NCBI GenBank assembly: GCA_017557865.1
Contig: JAFYXW010000006.1
Coordinates: 21,553 to 85,552, forward strand
Source of the DNA: Candidatus Saccharimonadota bacterium
GTDB lineage: Bacteria > Patescibacteriota > Saccharimonadia > Saccharimonadales > Saccharimonadaceae
Direction: 5' to 3'
Length of the DNA stretch: 64,000 bases
The notes beneath the pieces were generated by a model. That model did no database searches and was not told where the DNA came from. It worked only from the letters and a program-made list of their open reading frames with translations. Both the position numbers and the translations under genes were made by a program. Positions 17,806 through 28,700 of this stretch are shown here, one piece after another (position 1 is the stretch's first letter; each line of letters opens with the position of its first letter).

Positions 17806-19152
17806 ATGATGCAGAACCTAAAAAGATTCTTCTCTCTTTTGATGTTGTTTTTGCTTCTGAGTTTAGTATCGATTGCTGCATATTTTGCACAAGAGAATTT
17901 AATGGCAAAAAAGCCGAATTATGACATTCCTTCAAAGATAGAAATTTTTTTAAATGGCACAACGTTCGAAGAAATAAATAGTGGCTCTAAAACGACAGAG
18001 TATCCCAATAATACTCTGGAGATAACAACCAATATAGGCACGGATGTATACCAAAATGTTACTATTCGTGGGCGTGGTAACTCTTCGTGGACTCGTGATA
18101 AAAAGCCGTATCAAATCAATTTTAGTTCGCCGATTTCGCTTCTAGGCATGCCTAAAGAAAAGAAATGGGTGCTCCTAGCTGGAGATTTTGATAATTCCGA
18201 CATGCGGAATGATATTTTGCGATATATGGAAAATATGGTCGGTACGGACTATGCGGTTGATGGCAGGTATGTAGAACTTTATGTAGATAATGAATATGTT
18301 GGTTTGTATTATCTCATGAATAAAGTGGAAATCGAGGGAAATCGTGTAGCTTTGTCTGATCCTTATGGTATATTAGTCGAATTGGAAAACCTTCATTCCA
18401 ATCATGTAGAATGCTATGAATCGATCGAAAGTGATTGTCTGGTAATTTCTGATGCAGTAGACAATGATAACGCCGATGGAAGCATGAATGAATTTATGAC
18501 AAAATTTAATGATTTGCTAACAGCGGCGAAAAAAGGCAATTATAAAAAAGTTGAAGAAGTTGCCGACGTTGAATCGATGGCAAAATACTTTTTGATTGCT
18601 GAATTTTCAGTAAACCCAGACGCGTATGTTTCGAGTATGTTTATGACAATGGATGGGCTGGATGACAAAATTCACTTTGGGCCAAACTGGGATTATGATT
18701 TTGCGTTTGGCAACCTAAGATGGGACTGGCATTATATCGCTGATTTTCACTCGCCGTATGAATCGATGGTACAGAAAAAATCGGCGTTCGGGGAAACATA
18801 TCTTAATCCTGAAACTAATGAATATGAAGTTTACGAAGCCGATCAAAATGTTTCAAAGTTGTTTTATTATTTGATGGATATCCCAGAATTTGAAGATGAG
18901 GTCTGCAGAGTTTATCGTGAAAGAATGTCTGGTCGGGCAGAGGAATTACTTGATTTCGTGCGAAGACAAGCAGCGAATATTCGCGATGCCGCTTTGCGTG
19001 ACGAAGAGCTTTGGCTACGTGGGGGGATTGGAGTGATGGGTTTTGACGATGAAGTCGAATATTTGTTGGATTGGATAGCAAAACGTTACGATTTCTTTGA
19101 ACAGACTTATGGTGTTCGACGTGCTATAAATGTTCCGCAGAACATGTTATAA
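17806..19152 (+). CDS. CotH-family atypical protein kinase-like protein (secreted)
   Basis: N-terminal signal/TM. CotH-like motifs: IRGRGNSSWTRDKKPYQINF, VDNEYVGLYYLMNKVE, NWDYDFAFG. Confidence 0.75.
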   Translation: MMQNLKRFFSLLMLFLLLSLVSIAAYFAQENLMAKKPNYDIPSKIEIFLNGTTFEEINSGSKTTEYPNNTLEITTNIGTDVYQNVTIRGRGNSSWTRDKKPYQINFSSPISLLGMPKEKKWVLLAGDFDNSDMRNDILRYMENMVGTDYAVDGRYVELYVDNEYVGLYYLMNKVEIEGNRVALSDPYGILVELENLHSNHVECYESIESDCLVISDAVDNDNADGSMNEFMTKFNDLLTAAKKGNYKKVEEVADVESMAKYFLIAEFSVNPDAYVSSMFMTMDGLDDKIHFGPNWDYDFAFGNLRWDWHYIADFHSPYESMVQKKSAFGETYLNPETNEYEVYEADQNVSKLFYYLMDIPEFEDEVCRVYRERMSGRAEELLDFVRRQAANIRDAALRDEELWLRGGIGVMGFDDEVEYLLDWIAKRYDFFEQTYGVRRAINVPQNML

Positions 19153-19159
19153 TAAAAGT

Positions 19160-19897
19160 ATGAAGAAAATTGTGATTAGATTCGCAATTTTGGCGGCTCT
19201 CGCCGGGCTTTTGGTGTGGGCGTTTTCTGCAATAAAAAATCGTGAAGTAAATATAAACAAATGGTTTGTAGGGAATTACCAAAAAGGCGTGGATGTGTCT
19301 TCGTATCAAGAGGACGTAGATTTTGATAAATTGAAAGAGCAGCATATTGATTTTGTGTACGTAAAAGCGACTGAAGGTAGTACGCATGTGGACAGCAGTT
19401 TTAGTAAGAAATGGGCCGATACGGCGGTGGCAAGGATGCCGGCGGGGGCATATCATTATTTTTCATACGAAAGTAGTGGCGCCAAGCAGGCGGAAAACTT
19501 TATCAAAACGGTTGGGAGTTTGGACGGACGGTTGATCCCGGCTGTGGACATGGAGCTGACAGTTGAAGAGGTGAATAACCCACCAGAAAAAGATGTCGTA
19601 GTGCGTGGGCTTAAAGCTTTTTTGGCAGTCATTGAAGAAAAATATGGGGTGAAGCCGCTGATTTATGCGCAAAAAGATTATTGGGACAAATACTTGGCGG
19701 AAGATTTCTCTGATTATCCGCGTTGGATTCGAAATGTTTACTATCCAGTTTTTGTGGATGCGGGCGATGATTGGCTAGTGTGGCAGTATTGGGATAAATG
19801 CGTACTAGAAGGCTATAGTGGCGAAGAGTTTATCGACATGAATGCGGTAAATACGGGCGGGCTGGAAAAACTTGAATACAAAAATGGTGGAGCATAG
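19160..19897 (+). CDS. Glycoside hydrolase family 25 lysozyme (muramidase)
   Basis: Start at MKKIVIRF… with a signal peptide. GH25 motif GVDVSSYQEDVDFDKLKEQHIDFVYVKATEGSTHVD. The last 4 codons lie in a tRNA-derived repeat. Confidence 0.85.
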   Translation: MKKIVIRFAILAALAGLLVWAFSAIKNREVNINKWFVGNYQKGVDVSSYQEDVDFDKLKEQHIDFVYVKATEGSTHVDSSFSKKWADTAVARMPAGAYHYFSYESSGAKQAENFIKTVGSLDGRLIPAVDMELTVEEVNNPPEKDVVVRGLKAFLAVIEEKYGVKPLIYAQKDYWDKYLAEDFSDYPRWIRNVYYPVFVDAGDDWLVWQYWDKCVLEGYSGEEFIDMNAVNTGGLEKLEYKNGGA

Positions 19898-19902
19898 GAG
19901 AT
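19885..19902 (-). repeat. Direct repeat of the last 18 nt of tRNA-Ala(GGC), 61 nt downstream of the tRNA
   Basis: 19885-19902 is identical to 19964-19981 (TGGTGGAGCATAGGAGAT on the plus strand). It overlaps the GH25 stop codon. Confidence 0.85.
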
Positions 19903-19931
19903 AGGGATCACCTATGCTCGTCATGCAGCAC

Positions 19932-19959
19932 AAAAATAGACCCTAAAGGGTCAATTTTT
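19932..19959. terminator. Bidirectional hairpin terminator within the tRNA-Ala(GGC) downstream insert
   Basis: AAAAATA-GACCC-TAAA-GGGTC-AATTTTT. It can serve the tRNA (minus strand) and GH25 (plus strand). Confidence 0.6.
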
Positions 19960-19963
19960 CTGC

Positions 19964-20039
19964 TGGTGGAGCATAGGAGATTCGAACTCCTCACCTCTTC
20001 CATGCCATGGAAGCGCTCTACCAAATGAGCTAATGCCCC
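19964..20039 (-). tRNA. tRNA-Ala (anticodon GGC)
   Basis: The reverse complement folds as a 76-nt cloverleaf: acceptor GGGGCAT/ATGCTCC (G3:U70), anticodon loop ATGGCAT, T-loop TTCGAAT, encoded CCA. Confidence 0.9.
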
Positions 20040-20048
20040 AGCCCTTTT

Positions 20049-20081
20049 ATTTTAGCACATTTTTGTTATAATGAAAATATG
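20049..20081. promoter_or_regulatory. Divergent promoter pair: tRNA-Ala(GGC) (minus) and trpS (plus, leaderless-type)
   Basis: Minus strand: TGcTAAAAT (complement of 20049-20057), 9 nt from the tRNA 5' end. Plus strand: TGtTATAAT (20064-20072), 6 nt, ATG at 20079. Confidence 0.55.
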
Positions 20082-21089
20082 AAAACGATTTTAACTGGCA
20101 TTCGATCAAATAGTGTTTTAACTTTGGGAAATTACCTTGGCGCGCTTTTGCCAATGGTTCGTCTTGCGAACAAATATTCCAAGGATTACAACGTGAATAT
20201 TTTTGTGCCAGATCTTCATTCGATTATTTCTGATGTAGACGGTGATCTTCGCGCTAATACAATTCGCACGCTCAAATATTATTTGGCGGCTGGGCTCGAA
20301 ATTAATGAAAATGTGCATATTTATCGTCAAAGTTATGTACCAGCCCATTCGGAACTTTGTTGGATTTTGGATTGTGTTGCGACTATGGGCGAAACATCGC
20401 GCATGATTCAGTACAAAGAAAAATCCAAAGGCCAAGAATCGTGCAATGTAGGGATTTTTAATTATCCGATTTTGATGGCGGCTGATATTTTGCTTTATGA
20501 TGCGGAGTATGTGCCGATTGGTGAGGATCAATTTCAACACATTGAGCTAACTCGCAATATTGCAATGCGCGTAAACCATAAATATGGCGAGATCTTTACT
20601 GTGCCAGTTGCTACGGACGAACAAGTAAAATTTATGGAAGTTGACAATGGCCTTAGAATTCGTGATCTCCTAAATCCTGAAAAGAAAATGAGTAAATCTA
20701 CCAAGGCCGAAAATTCCAAAATTATGCTCGACGATGCTCCGGAGCTTGCCGCCAAAAAAATCATGTCCGCCACGACCGATTCGTTCGGCAAAATTAAATT
20801 TGATATGTGGACACAGCCGGGTATTTCTAATTTGTTGCAGATCGAAGCGCTCGTAAATAATGTGCCTTTGCAAGACGTAATTTCGACATGGGCAGGCGAA
20901 ACTCATTATGGTGACTTAAAGAAAAAAGTTGCCGAAAGCGTTTCGCAAATGTTAGCAGATTTTCAAGAAAAATCGGCAAAAATTTCGGACGAGCAAGTTT
21001 ACGAGCTTCTCGAAAAAGGCGAAAAATATGCCAACGAAGTCGCAAATGCGAAATTGCTTGAAGTACAAAAAGCATTTCAATTAAGGTAA
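20079..21089 (+). CDS. trpS: Tryptophan--tRNA ligase
   Basis: Class I motifs: the TLGNYLGA region (HIGH-like) and KMSKS (EKKMSKS). Confidence 0.92.
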   Translation: MKTILTGIRSNSVLTLGNYLGALLPMVRLANKYSKDYNVNIFVPDLHSIISDVDGDLRANTIRTLKYYLAAGLEINENVHIYRQSYVPAHSELCWILDCVATMGETSRMIQYKEKSKGQESCNVGIFNYPILMAADILLYDAEYVPIGEDQFQHIELTRNIAMRVNHKYGEIFTVPVATDEQVKFMEVDNGLRIRDLLNPEKKMSKSTKAENSKIMLDDAPELAAKKIMSATTDSFGKIKFDMWTQPGISNLLQIEALVNNVPLQDVISTWAGETHYGDLKKKVAESVSQMLADFQEKSAKISDEQVYELLEKGEKYANEVANAKLLEVQKAFQLR

Positions 21090-21093
21090 AAAA

Positions 21094-21972
21094 ATGATTA
21101 TCACTGGCAAAAAATTTAGTAAACCAAAAATGTCGCGCGTGATAAACGGCGACACTATTTTGCCGGAGGCGGAAGAAAAGTTAGAAAAGACCAGGCTTGA
21201 TATTTTGATGGTAGGAATTTATAAAAGTTACAATCGTTCGACCATTCAAAAATTTATTGAAAATGGCTACGTAAAAGTTGATGGCGTAGTCGTTAAAAAA
21301 CCAAATACAAAATTTGAAGAAGGTGTAAAAATTGAATTAAATGTACCGGAAGATTTAAAAAACGCAGACGTAAAACCGGAAGTAATTTATGAAGACGAAG
21401 ATGTGATCGTGGTGAATAAGCCGGAAGGTTTGCTAAGCGAGGCTAAAGGTGAGTATTGTCCAGAAAAAACTTTGGCGGATTTTGGATTTGTGGCACATCG
21501 ACTAGATCGCGATACGAGTGGCGTAATGATTTTAGCAAAGTCTGAAGAAGTGCAGAAATTTTTGAAGAAACAATTCCAGGATCGCAAAGTTCACAAAACT
21601 TATTATGCAATTGTGCAGGGTCGACCAAAATTAGACACAGCAAGAATCGACTTGCCGTTGCAGCGCGATTTAAAACGCCCAACAACTTTTCGCGTGGATG
21701 CGGGCGGCAAAGCTTCCGAAACATTTTACAAAGTTCTAAAATCTAATGATAAGTATTCTTTGGTGGAGTTAAAACCAACGACTGGGCGAACCCACCAACT
21801 TCGGGTGCACATGAAATATCTTGGGCATCCGATTTTGGGTGATCCAGTTTATGGCGAAGAAAAAGCGGATCGGCTATATTTGCATGCTGGTTCTCTTGAA
21901 GTGACTTTGCCGGGTGGCGAGAGAAAAGTTTTTGAAGCGCCCCTGCCAAAGGAATTTAAAAATGTTTTTTGA
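21094..21972 (+). CDS. RluA-family 23S rRNA pseudouridine synthase (RluD-like) with an S4 domain
   Basis: S4-like N-terminus; catalytic motif HRLDRDTSGVMILAK; C-terminal GRTHQLRVH. Confidence 0.88.
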   Translation: MIITGKKFSKPKMSRVINGDTILPEAEEKLEKTRLDILMVGIYKSYNRSTIQKFIENGYVKVDGVVVKKPNTKFEEGVKIELNVPEDLKNADVKPEVIYEDEDVIVVNKPEGLLSEAKGEYCPEKTLADFGFVAHRLDRDTSGVMILAKSEEVQKFLKKQFQDRKVHKTYYAIVQGRPKLDTARIDLPLQRDLKRPTTFRVDAGGKASETFYKVLKSNDKYSLVELKPTTGRTHQLRVHMKYLGHPILGDPVYGEEKADRLYLHAGSLEVTLPGGERKVFEAPLPKEFKNVF

Positions 21973-22627
21973 CGACGTAAAAAATATTGAAAAAATTGCA
22001 GCAAAAACTGGAACGTCGATTTTTGTGATGCCAGACGATAAGGAAGTTGAAATTAAAAATGCCTTGACTTTGGAGCCAAATGGAAAAACGGTAATCTCGA
22101 TTGAACAAGCACGCGATATCATTTCGCGGCTTTCCGTAAAACAAACAAGCGACCAATTTGTAGTTATTCGTCCAGTGGAGGCAATGAGCGAAGAAGCGGC
22201 AAATGCGTTTTTGAAAAATTTAGAAGAACCGGGCGAAAAAGTCCATTTTGTGTTAATTACGAGTAGTCCGTCTTTGGTTTTGCCGACGATTCTAAGCCGC
22301 TCTTCTGTTTATTTTTTGAGAAACCATGAACCAATCGATGGCGACATAAAAGTTGAAGCGAAAATACGCGACTTAGCTAAGCGTTTGATTGTGGCGAAAC
22401 CTGGCGATTGGCCGGCACTAGCCGAAGAAATTACTAAGAAAAAAGAAAATGTACGTGAATATACTTTGACGGTGCTTGCGACGACAATAGAAATGCTTTA
22501 TAAATCTTATTTCAAAACTGGCAAAGAAATTTTTATCAAAAAAATTCCAAAATTTTTGACTGCCTACGAAAATATTGAAAAGAACGGACACATAAAATTG
22601 CATTTAGTAGCGGATTGTGGAAATTAA
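21962..22627 (+). CDS. holB: DNA polymerase III delta'-like subunit (short form)
   Basis: Start taken at MFFDDVKN… (11-nt overlap with the upstream gene). Clamp-loader motifs AANAFLKNLEEPGEKVHFVLIT…PTILSRS. No Walker A N-terminus is seen. Confidence 0.65.
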   Translation: MFFDDVKNIEKIAAKTGTSIFVMPDDKEVEIKNALTLEPNGKTVISIEQARDIISRLSVKQTSDQFVVIRPVEAMSEEAANAFLKNLEEPGEKVHFVLITSSPSLVLPTILSRSSVYFLRNHEPIDGDIKVEAKIRDLAKRLIVAKPGDWPALAEEITKKKENVREYTLTVLATTIEMLYKSYFKTGKEIFIKKIPKFLTAYENIEKNGHIKLHLVADCGN

Positions 22628-22751
22628 ATAAAAAAGTAGTATTTTAATGTGAAATGCTTGAGGTTTTTTTGTTTGTGCATTATAATGGTTATGTAGATAG
22701 TGGAGGTCATAAATAGGGGGTAAGACAATAATAGGGTTTATAGGGAGAATT

Positions 22752-25700
22752 GTGCTAAAGCGAGGTAAGAATTGGGAGCTAAAGGCCCGCTGCAGATTGG
22801 GTTTGCGGCAGGTGTTTTTGTTTTTCATTTCTATTTTCGCTTTCCTAAACATCGCTACTTTTGTTTCGGCCCCAGCAGTTTCTGCTGCAGCCAAACAAAG
22901 CACTCTAAGCCTTACCATGGAGACCGGCAAACTTACTATGACTCTTTCTCCAGAGCTCAATGGTAGATTTGTCAAATCCTCCAATGCTGGTATCAGCGTT
23001 ACCACGGATAACTATTCAGGTTATCGCCTTACCATTACTTCTAACGGTGGGACTTCTCTTTCTTCCAGCAATGGCCGCAATATAGAATCCGTTGATACCG
23101 CCATTTCAGAAACTGTCTTCAGAAACAATGCTAGCTATGTAAACAAGTGGGGCTACAAACCAAGCCAATACGTTAATGATTCAAATGAAGTAGTCACAAG
23201 CAACACCAACTACCTTCCTGCTCCAAGCACCACTGGCAGCCTCATTGATGTAACCTCCGCAGCAAACTCCACTGCCAAAACCTACACTCTAAGTATCGCT
23301 GCCAAAATAGACTTTGATATTCCTCCAGGAACTTATACTCGCAATATTACACTGGCAGCTATTGCCAATGATATTATTTACAATATTTCTTATGATAAAA
23401 ACACTGCAGACACTGTGACTAATATGCCGGTAACCAATCCGCAAATTGTCACCATTGCTGGTGGTACTGCTGCAGCTAGCAGCAAAACTACACTTAGCAA
23501 TGCTACACCAACTCGTACCGGCTACGACTTTATGGGTTGGTGTAGCACTACTACCACAGCCGATGCAGCTGGTACCCAGACTTGCTCTGGCACTACCTAT
23601 GCCGCTGGTGCAGACTATGGCATAGACCAAACTGCTGATGGTACCAACATTACGCTCCGGGCAATTTGGAAAATCCATGATTATACTATTACTATCAACT
23701 ATGGGCCTGGTATTTCTAGTCTTTCTGGCACCGGTTGGGAAGTTTATGGCGACTCTATCAGCAAGACATTCCACATTGGTGACACTGTCGATCTTGCTAC
23801 TATTGCCTCAACTTATAACACTGGTTATAGTGGCGCTAAATATGCCAAAACAGATACTTATGGCACCCTTAGTGGCTCCACTTATACTGTTGGAGCAGGG
23901 GATGGCTCCATTACCTTTAGCGCTAGCACCCTAGACACTCCGGTTTGCGAGATGACAGGCGGATCTGTAAAAGTATACAATCGTACTAGCACCATGATTA
24001 CAGCTACGTCTAATAGCGATAATTACGACATAAACTCGGTGGATATTACTTATTCGTTTGGCTATGCTAGTAGCAAAAATGGTACTCTTGGTAATTTTGG
24101 CCCAGCCCAGACAGGTAATACCACTACTTTTCAAAAGGATGATTGGCGTGGCATTAGATACTACGGTGTTACTGTTGTAGTGACGGACGTGACTGATAAT
24201 ACGATTACCGCTACCTGTACTTCTGGCACGGGGACTGGCCAGGGTACAACTGTAGCTAATCGCGCTACCGTAGCATTTGTAAACTCGCGCGTAGATTTAG
24301 ATGCTAATGGTGGCACCCTTGCTGGCGGGAACAACCCGTTCTATGTTTCTTATCAATCTGGTGCCAAATACACCACTAGGGTCGGCACTACTGCCGCCAC
24401 TGTTCCAACAGTTACCCCGCCGGATGGCTATGCTTTTGATGGTTGGTATACGGCTAGTGATGGCGGGGATAAGGTGTTGAGTGCCAATGGTACAGTCGTT
24501 GGCGCGGTTACTAACTGGACTAATGCTGATGGGCAGTGGATAAAGACTGCTACTACGGATACAGCTGGTACTGCTGGCAATGTGCTTTATGCTCACTACA
24601 TAGCCAACACCTACGATGTTACTCTGGATCAATGTTCTGCTACTACAAGCGGTTCGACTTCTACTACGGCTACTTATGGCGCTACCACCCTGGCTAGTAT
24701 TAATAATCCACAAAGGGCTTACACGATTTCATTTGCTAATGATTCTAGCGCTGCCGCCTCTTCTATGGACCCGCTCACCGCTACCTATACTTTTGGTGGT
24801 TGGGTCAGCACTTCCTGTGGCAGTAGCACTTTAGTAGCATCGTACGATGCTACTCCAGTCTTACAAGCTGATGTGACCAACTTTACGGATGGTAGTGGCC
24901 ATTGGGCTAGAGCTGACAGCGCTACTCTTTATGCAAAGTGGGCTAGTGCATCTGTAACACTACCAACTTTGAGTAAAGCTGGGTATACTTGTAATTGGAC
25001 GGACGGCACTAATGATTATACTCCTGGCGCGTCTATTGTTCCGGGTCAGGATTTGGACTTGTATGCTTCTTGTACCGCTAATCCTTACACGGTGACTATT
25101 ACAACTGGTAATGGTGTTACCACCCTTACTGCTTCTGGGTGGGATGGTAGCGGTACATCCACTATTTCTAAAACCTTCTACACGGATGACGTTATAGATC
25201 TTACCACGATTACTCCTACTAGGGCGACTGGTTATGTAGGAACAGCTTACGAAAAGACAGACACTTATGGGACGCTAAGTGGTTCTAGCTATATTGTTGG
25301 CCCAGGCGCCGGTGCGATTACACTTAATGTTAGCGGCATTGCTGCACCTACTTGTGAGATTACCGGCGGTACCACAAAGGTATACAACTATCAGAACACC
25401 ACTCTAACCGCTACGGATACTTCAGTAAATTATGATAGTAATATGACCATTACGTACAACTTTGGCTATGCCGATACAGATTCTGATGCACTTGACAATT
25501 TCAGTGAGGCTCAAGCCGAAAACACCTTTACGGTGACAAATAGTGCCTATCGTGGCACTAGATATTACGGTGTGACTATTGACGTCACAGACGGAACCTT
25601 TAGCAGTTCTTGCACCTCTGCTACTGGAACGGGTGCTGGTGGCCGTACAGAGATGACGCTCATCAATTCCAGGATCGACTTTGACGCCAACGGTGGCACG

Positions 25701-28700
25701 CTGAATGGCGCAGAAACATTATATGTGAGCTATAACATGGGCGGGTCTTATAGAAGCTCATACGGGGGTCGAACGTGGAATGGAGGCATATCATATAATT
25801 GCTATAATTCGGGTGGCACTACTTATTGCAGTTATTTCTATCCAGGAACTTTCGCATACACTACTGCTACGGGCACAGCTCCCGCTCACCTTCCATCCGC
25901 TACCGCTCCAGATATTGGCTACGAATTAGACGGTTGGTATACGGCAGCAACGGGTGGAAGTAGAATAACCGGAAAAACAAATGGATCTTGGTCTACAAGT
26001 TCTAATACGAGATACTCTAGCTACACCGGTCAGTTTTTATACGCTCCAAGCGCTGTCTGTGGCACAAGTTCCAACAGATGTAATTCAGACGTTGCAGGAT
26101 GGAAGTATGCTTACTATAATCTTGATAGTGTTAGTGGCGGTTATTATTCACAGTACCGTTATTGGCGAAAGACTGGCACCGATTTAAGTGACAATGTTGC
26201 TGAAAATAGACTTTACGCGCACTATAAAGCAAAGCAATATACTATCACTTTAGATAAAAATGGTGCGACTAATAATCCGACGTCTAATGGCTACGTTAAT
26301 TATGACGCTACCCAGTTTAGATCTGCGCTTTCTACATTGCCAGTCCGCTCATACACTATCTCTGGTTGGACTACTCCAGCTGAAAACAAAGCTAACGGAG
26401 CAGTTGTAAATGGTGGAACCACGCCAACCGATGCCACTGCTTCATATGCATTTGACGGTTGGTATCAAGAGGCAGAAGCTACGCACAAGATTGCGTCAAG
26501 TGCATCCACTCCAGTGCTAGAGGCGAATACCGACTATACAGATGCAAACGGTGTCTGGAAAAACGATGGCAACGTTACGCTCTATGCTGGTTGGACCGGC
26601 CAAAGCGTAACACTCCCAACCATCACGAAGTATGGCAGCGTTTGTGGTTGGACCACCGTAGCTACTGATGCGACCACTATAGAGTATGCTTCTGGCGCTG
26701 CTATTACCCCTACTACCGATATGACGCTTTATGGTGTGTGTATTGGGAATTATCTGCAGGACATCACTCCAACGGAGCTTGCTGGGCTCTTACCGAACGT
26801 TGGCGATACTGTAGTGTTGCTAGACAAACGTGATGAGACCGGCTATATGGTTGGAAAGTTAGCGGATGGCAACTACTGGTTCCTCGAAAACCTCGCTCTA
26901 GACCTCTTAGATTCTGACGTCCAGACGAAGATGAATAGTAGCAATACCTTGACCAACGCTTCTCAGGCTACAATCAATAAACTTATCAACGGCGGCGGTA
27001 CCACTAGTGATAAATACCCAACAGCTGGGATTGAAGAGTGGTCGTCTGGAGTGGGCAGTTATTCTCGGGCCTTGGTTGATGATTTGAGCGAGAAAGACGC
27101 TGTTCCGTCCGACAGTATGAGCACGGCCGGAGGCTGGAAGAACGGCGGCTATTACAACTATTGTGCAGCTTCGGCGGGTAGTTACTGTTATGGTAATGGC
27201 ACGACCGAGGGGACGTCGGCAGGTGATGACACCGAAGATATCTGTCCTTCTGGCTGGCGTATGCCTACAGGCGGCACCGGCGGCGAATACGATAGTCTCT
27301 ACTCGGCTTACGGCAATAGCTATTCAAATCTTCGCTCAGCCTTACGTATTCCACTCTCTGGCTACTACTGGGGCATTCACACGCCTCCGTATACAGACGT
27401 AGGTTCAACTGTCCACTTCTGGGCTTCCACGCGCTATAGTAATTCTGAAATGAACCTACTATATTTGAGCGATTCACCAACAGAAGTACAATCAAATGGC
27501 TATTATACTCGCAACCATGGCTTTAATATCCGCTGTGTGGCTAAGCGTTATTTGCAAGATGTGACTAATAATGATTTGGTTACGATGTTGCCGAGTGTTG
27601 GTAGCACAACCGTTCTTACTGACAAACGCGATGAAACCGATTATACCGTAGGCAGACTCAAAGACGGCAACTACTGGTTGCTAGAAAACCTCTCACTAGA
27701 TCTCACTGACTCTAGCGTCCAAGCCAAGATGAATAGCAGTGATACCTTAACTAATGCTTCACAATCTTCTATCGACAAGATGATTAATGGTGGCGGTACT
27801 GCTAGCGATAAATACGCTATTACTGGTGTTAACACTCAGACTTCCGGTGGTAGTTATTCCGAGGCTAGGTTAAGTCTGGAAGATATAGATACTGTCCCGT
27901 CTGATACTCTCAGTACGAGCGGTGGTTGGAAGGTTGGCGGCTACTATAATTATTGTGCTACTTCAGCTGGTAGTTACTGCTATGGTGATGGCGCGAGTGA
28001 GGGAACGCCAGTAGGCAATGCCACAGAAGACATCTGTCCTTCCGGCTGGCGTCTAGCTACAGACGATAGTGGCGGTGAATATCGAGTCCTATATAATCTC
28101 TACAATAATTATACTGATTTCCGTGCTGCTCTACATCTTCCTTTGTCTGGCTATTATTATGACGCATCAAGCCATGACCAAGGAACGGATGGTTACTTCT
28201 GGTCATCTACATATAAAGACTCTGTCTATATGTATGACCTTCGTGCAGGAACATCTCTTATCACTCCGCAATACGATGGGAATCGTCGTGGTGAGGGCTC
28301 GATTCGCTGCTTTAAAGCCGGTTCACTACAATCAATCAGTAGGGCCGAAATGGATGAGTTGATGCCAGATGCTGGTACTGCAACTATTCTCTTTGACTCG
28401 CGTGATGGCAACAAGTATACTGTGGGCAAGCTAGAAGATGATAAGTTTTGGATGCTGGACAATTTGGCGCTAGATTTAACCAACTCTAGTGTACAGAGCA
28501 ATATGAACAATTCATTCAATACGCTCACTAATGCTTCACAAACATCTATTAATAAGATGATCAATGGTGGTGGTACCACTAGTGACCAGTACCCTATTGC
28601 CGGAGTGGGTACCTTTACCTTTGAGACTCCTAATGGGCAATATCAACCTAGTTGGTATAACTTCTCACGTGCGTATGTTTATATGAATGATAAAGACGTT

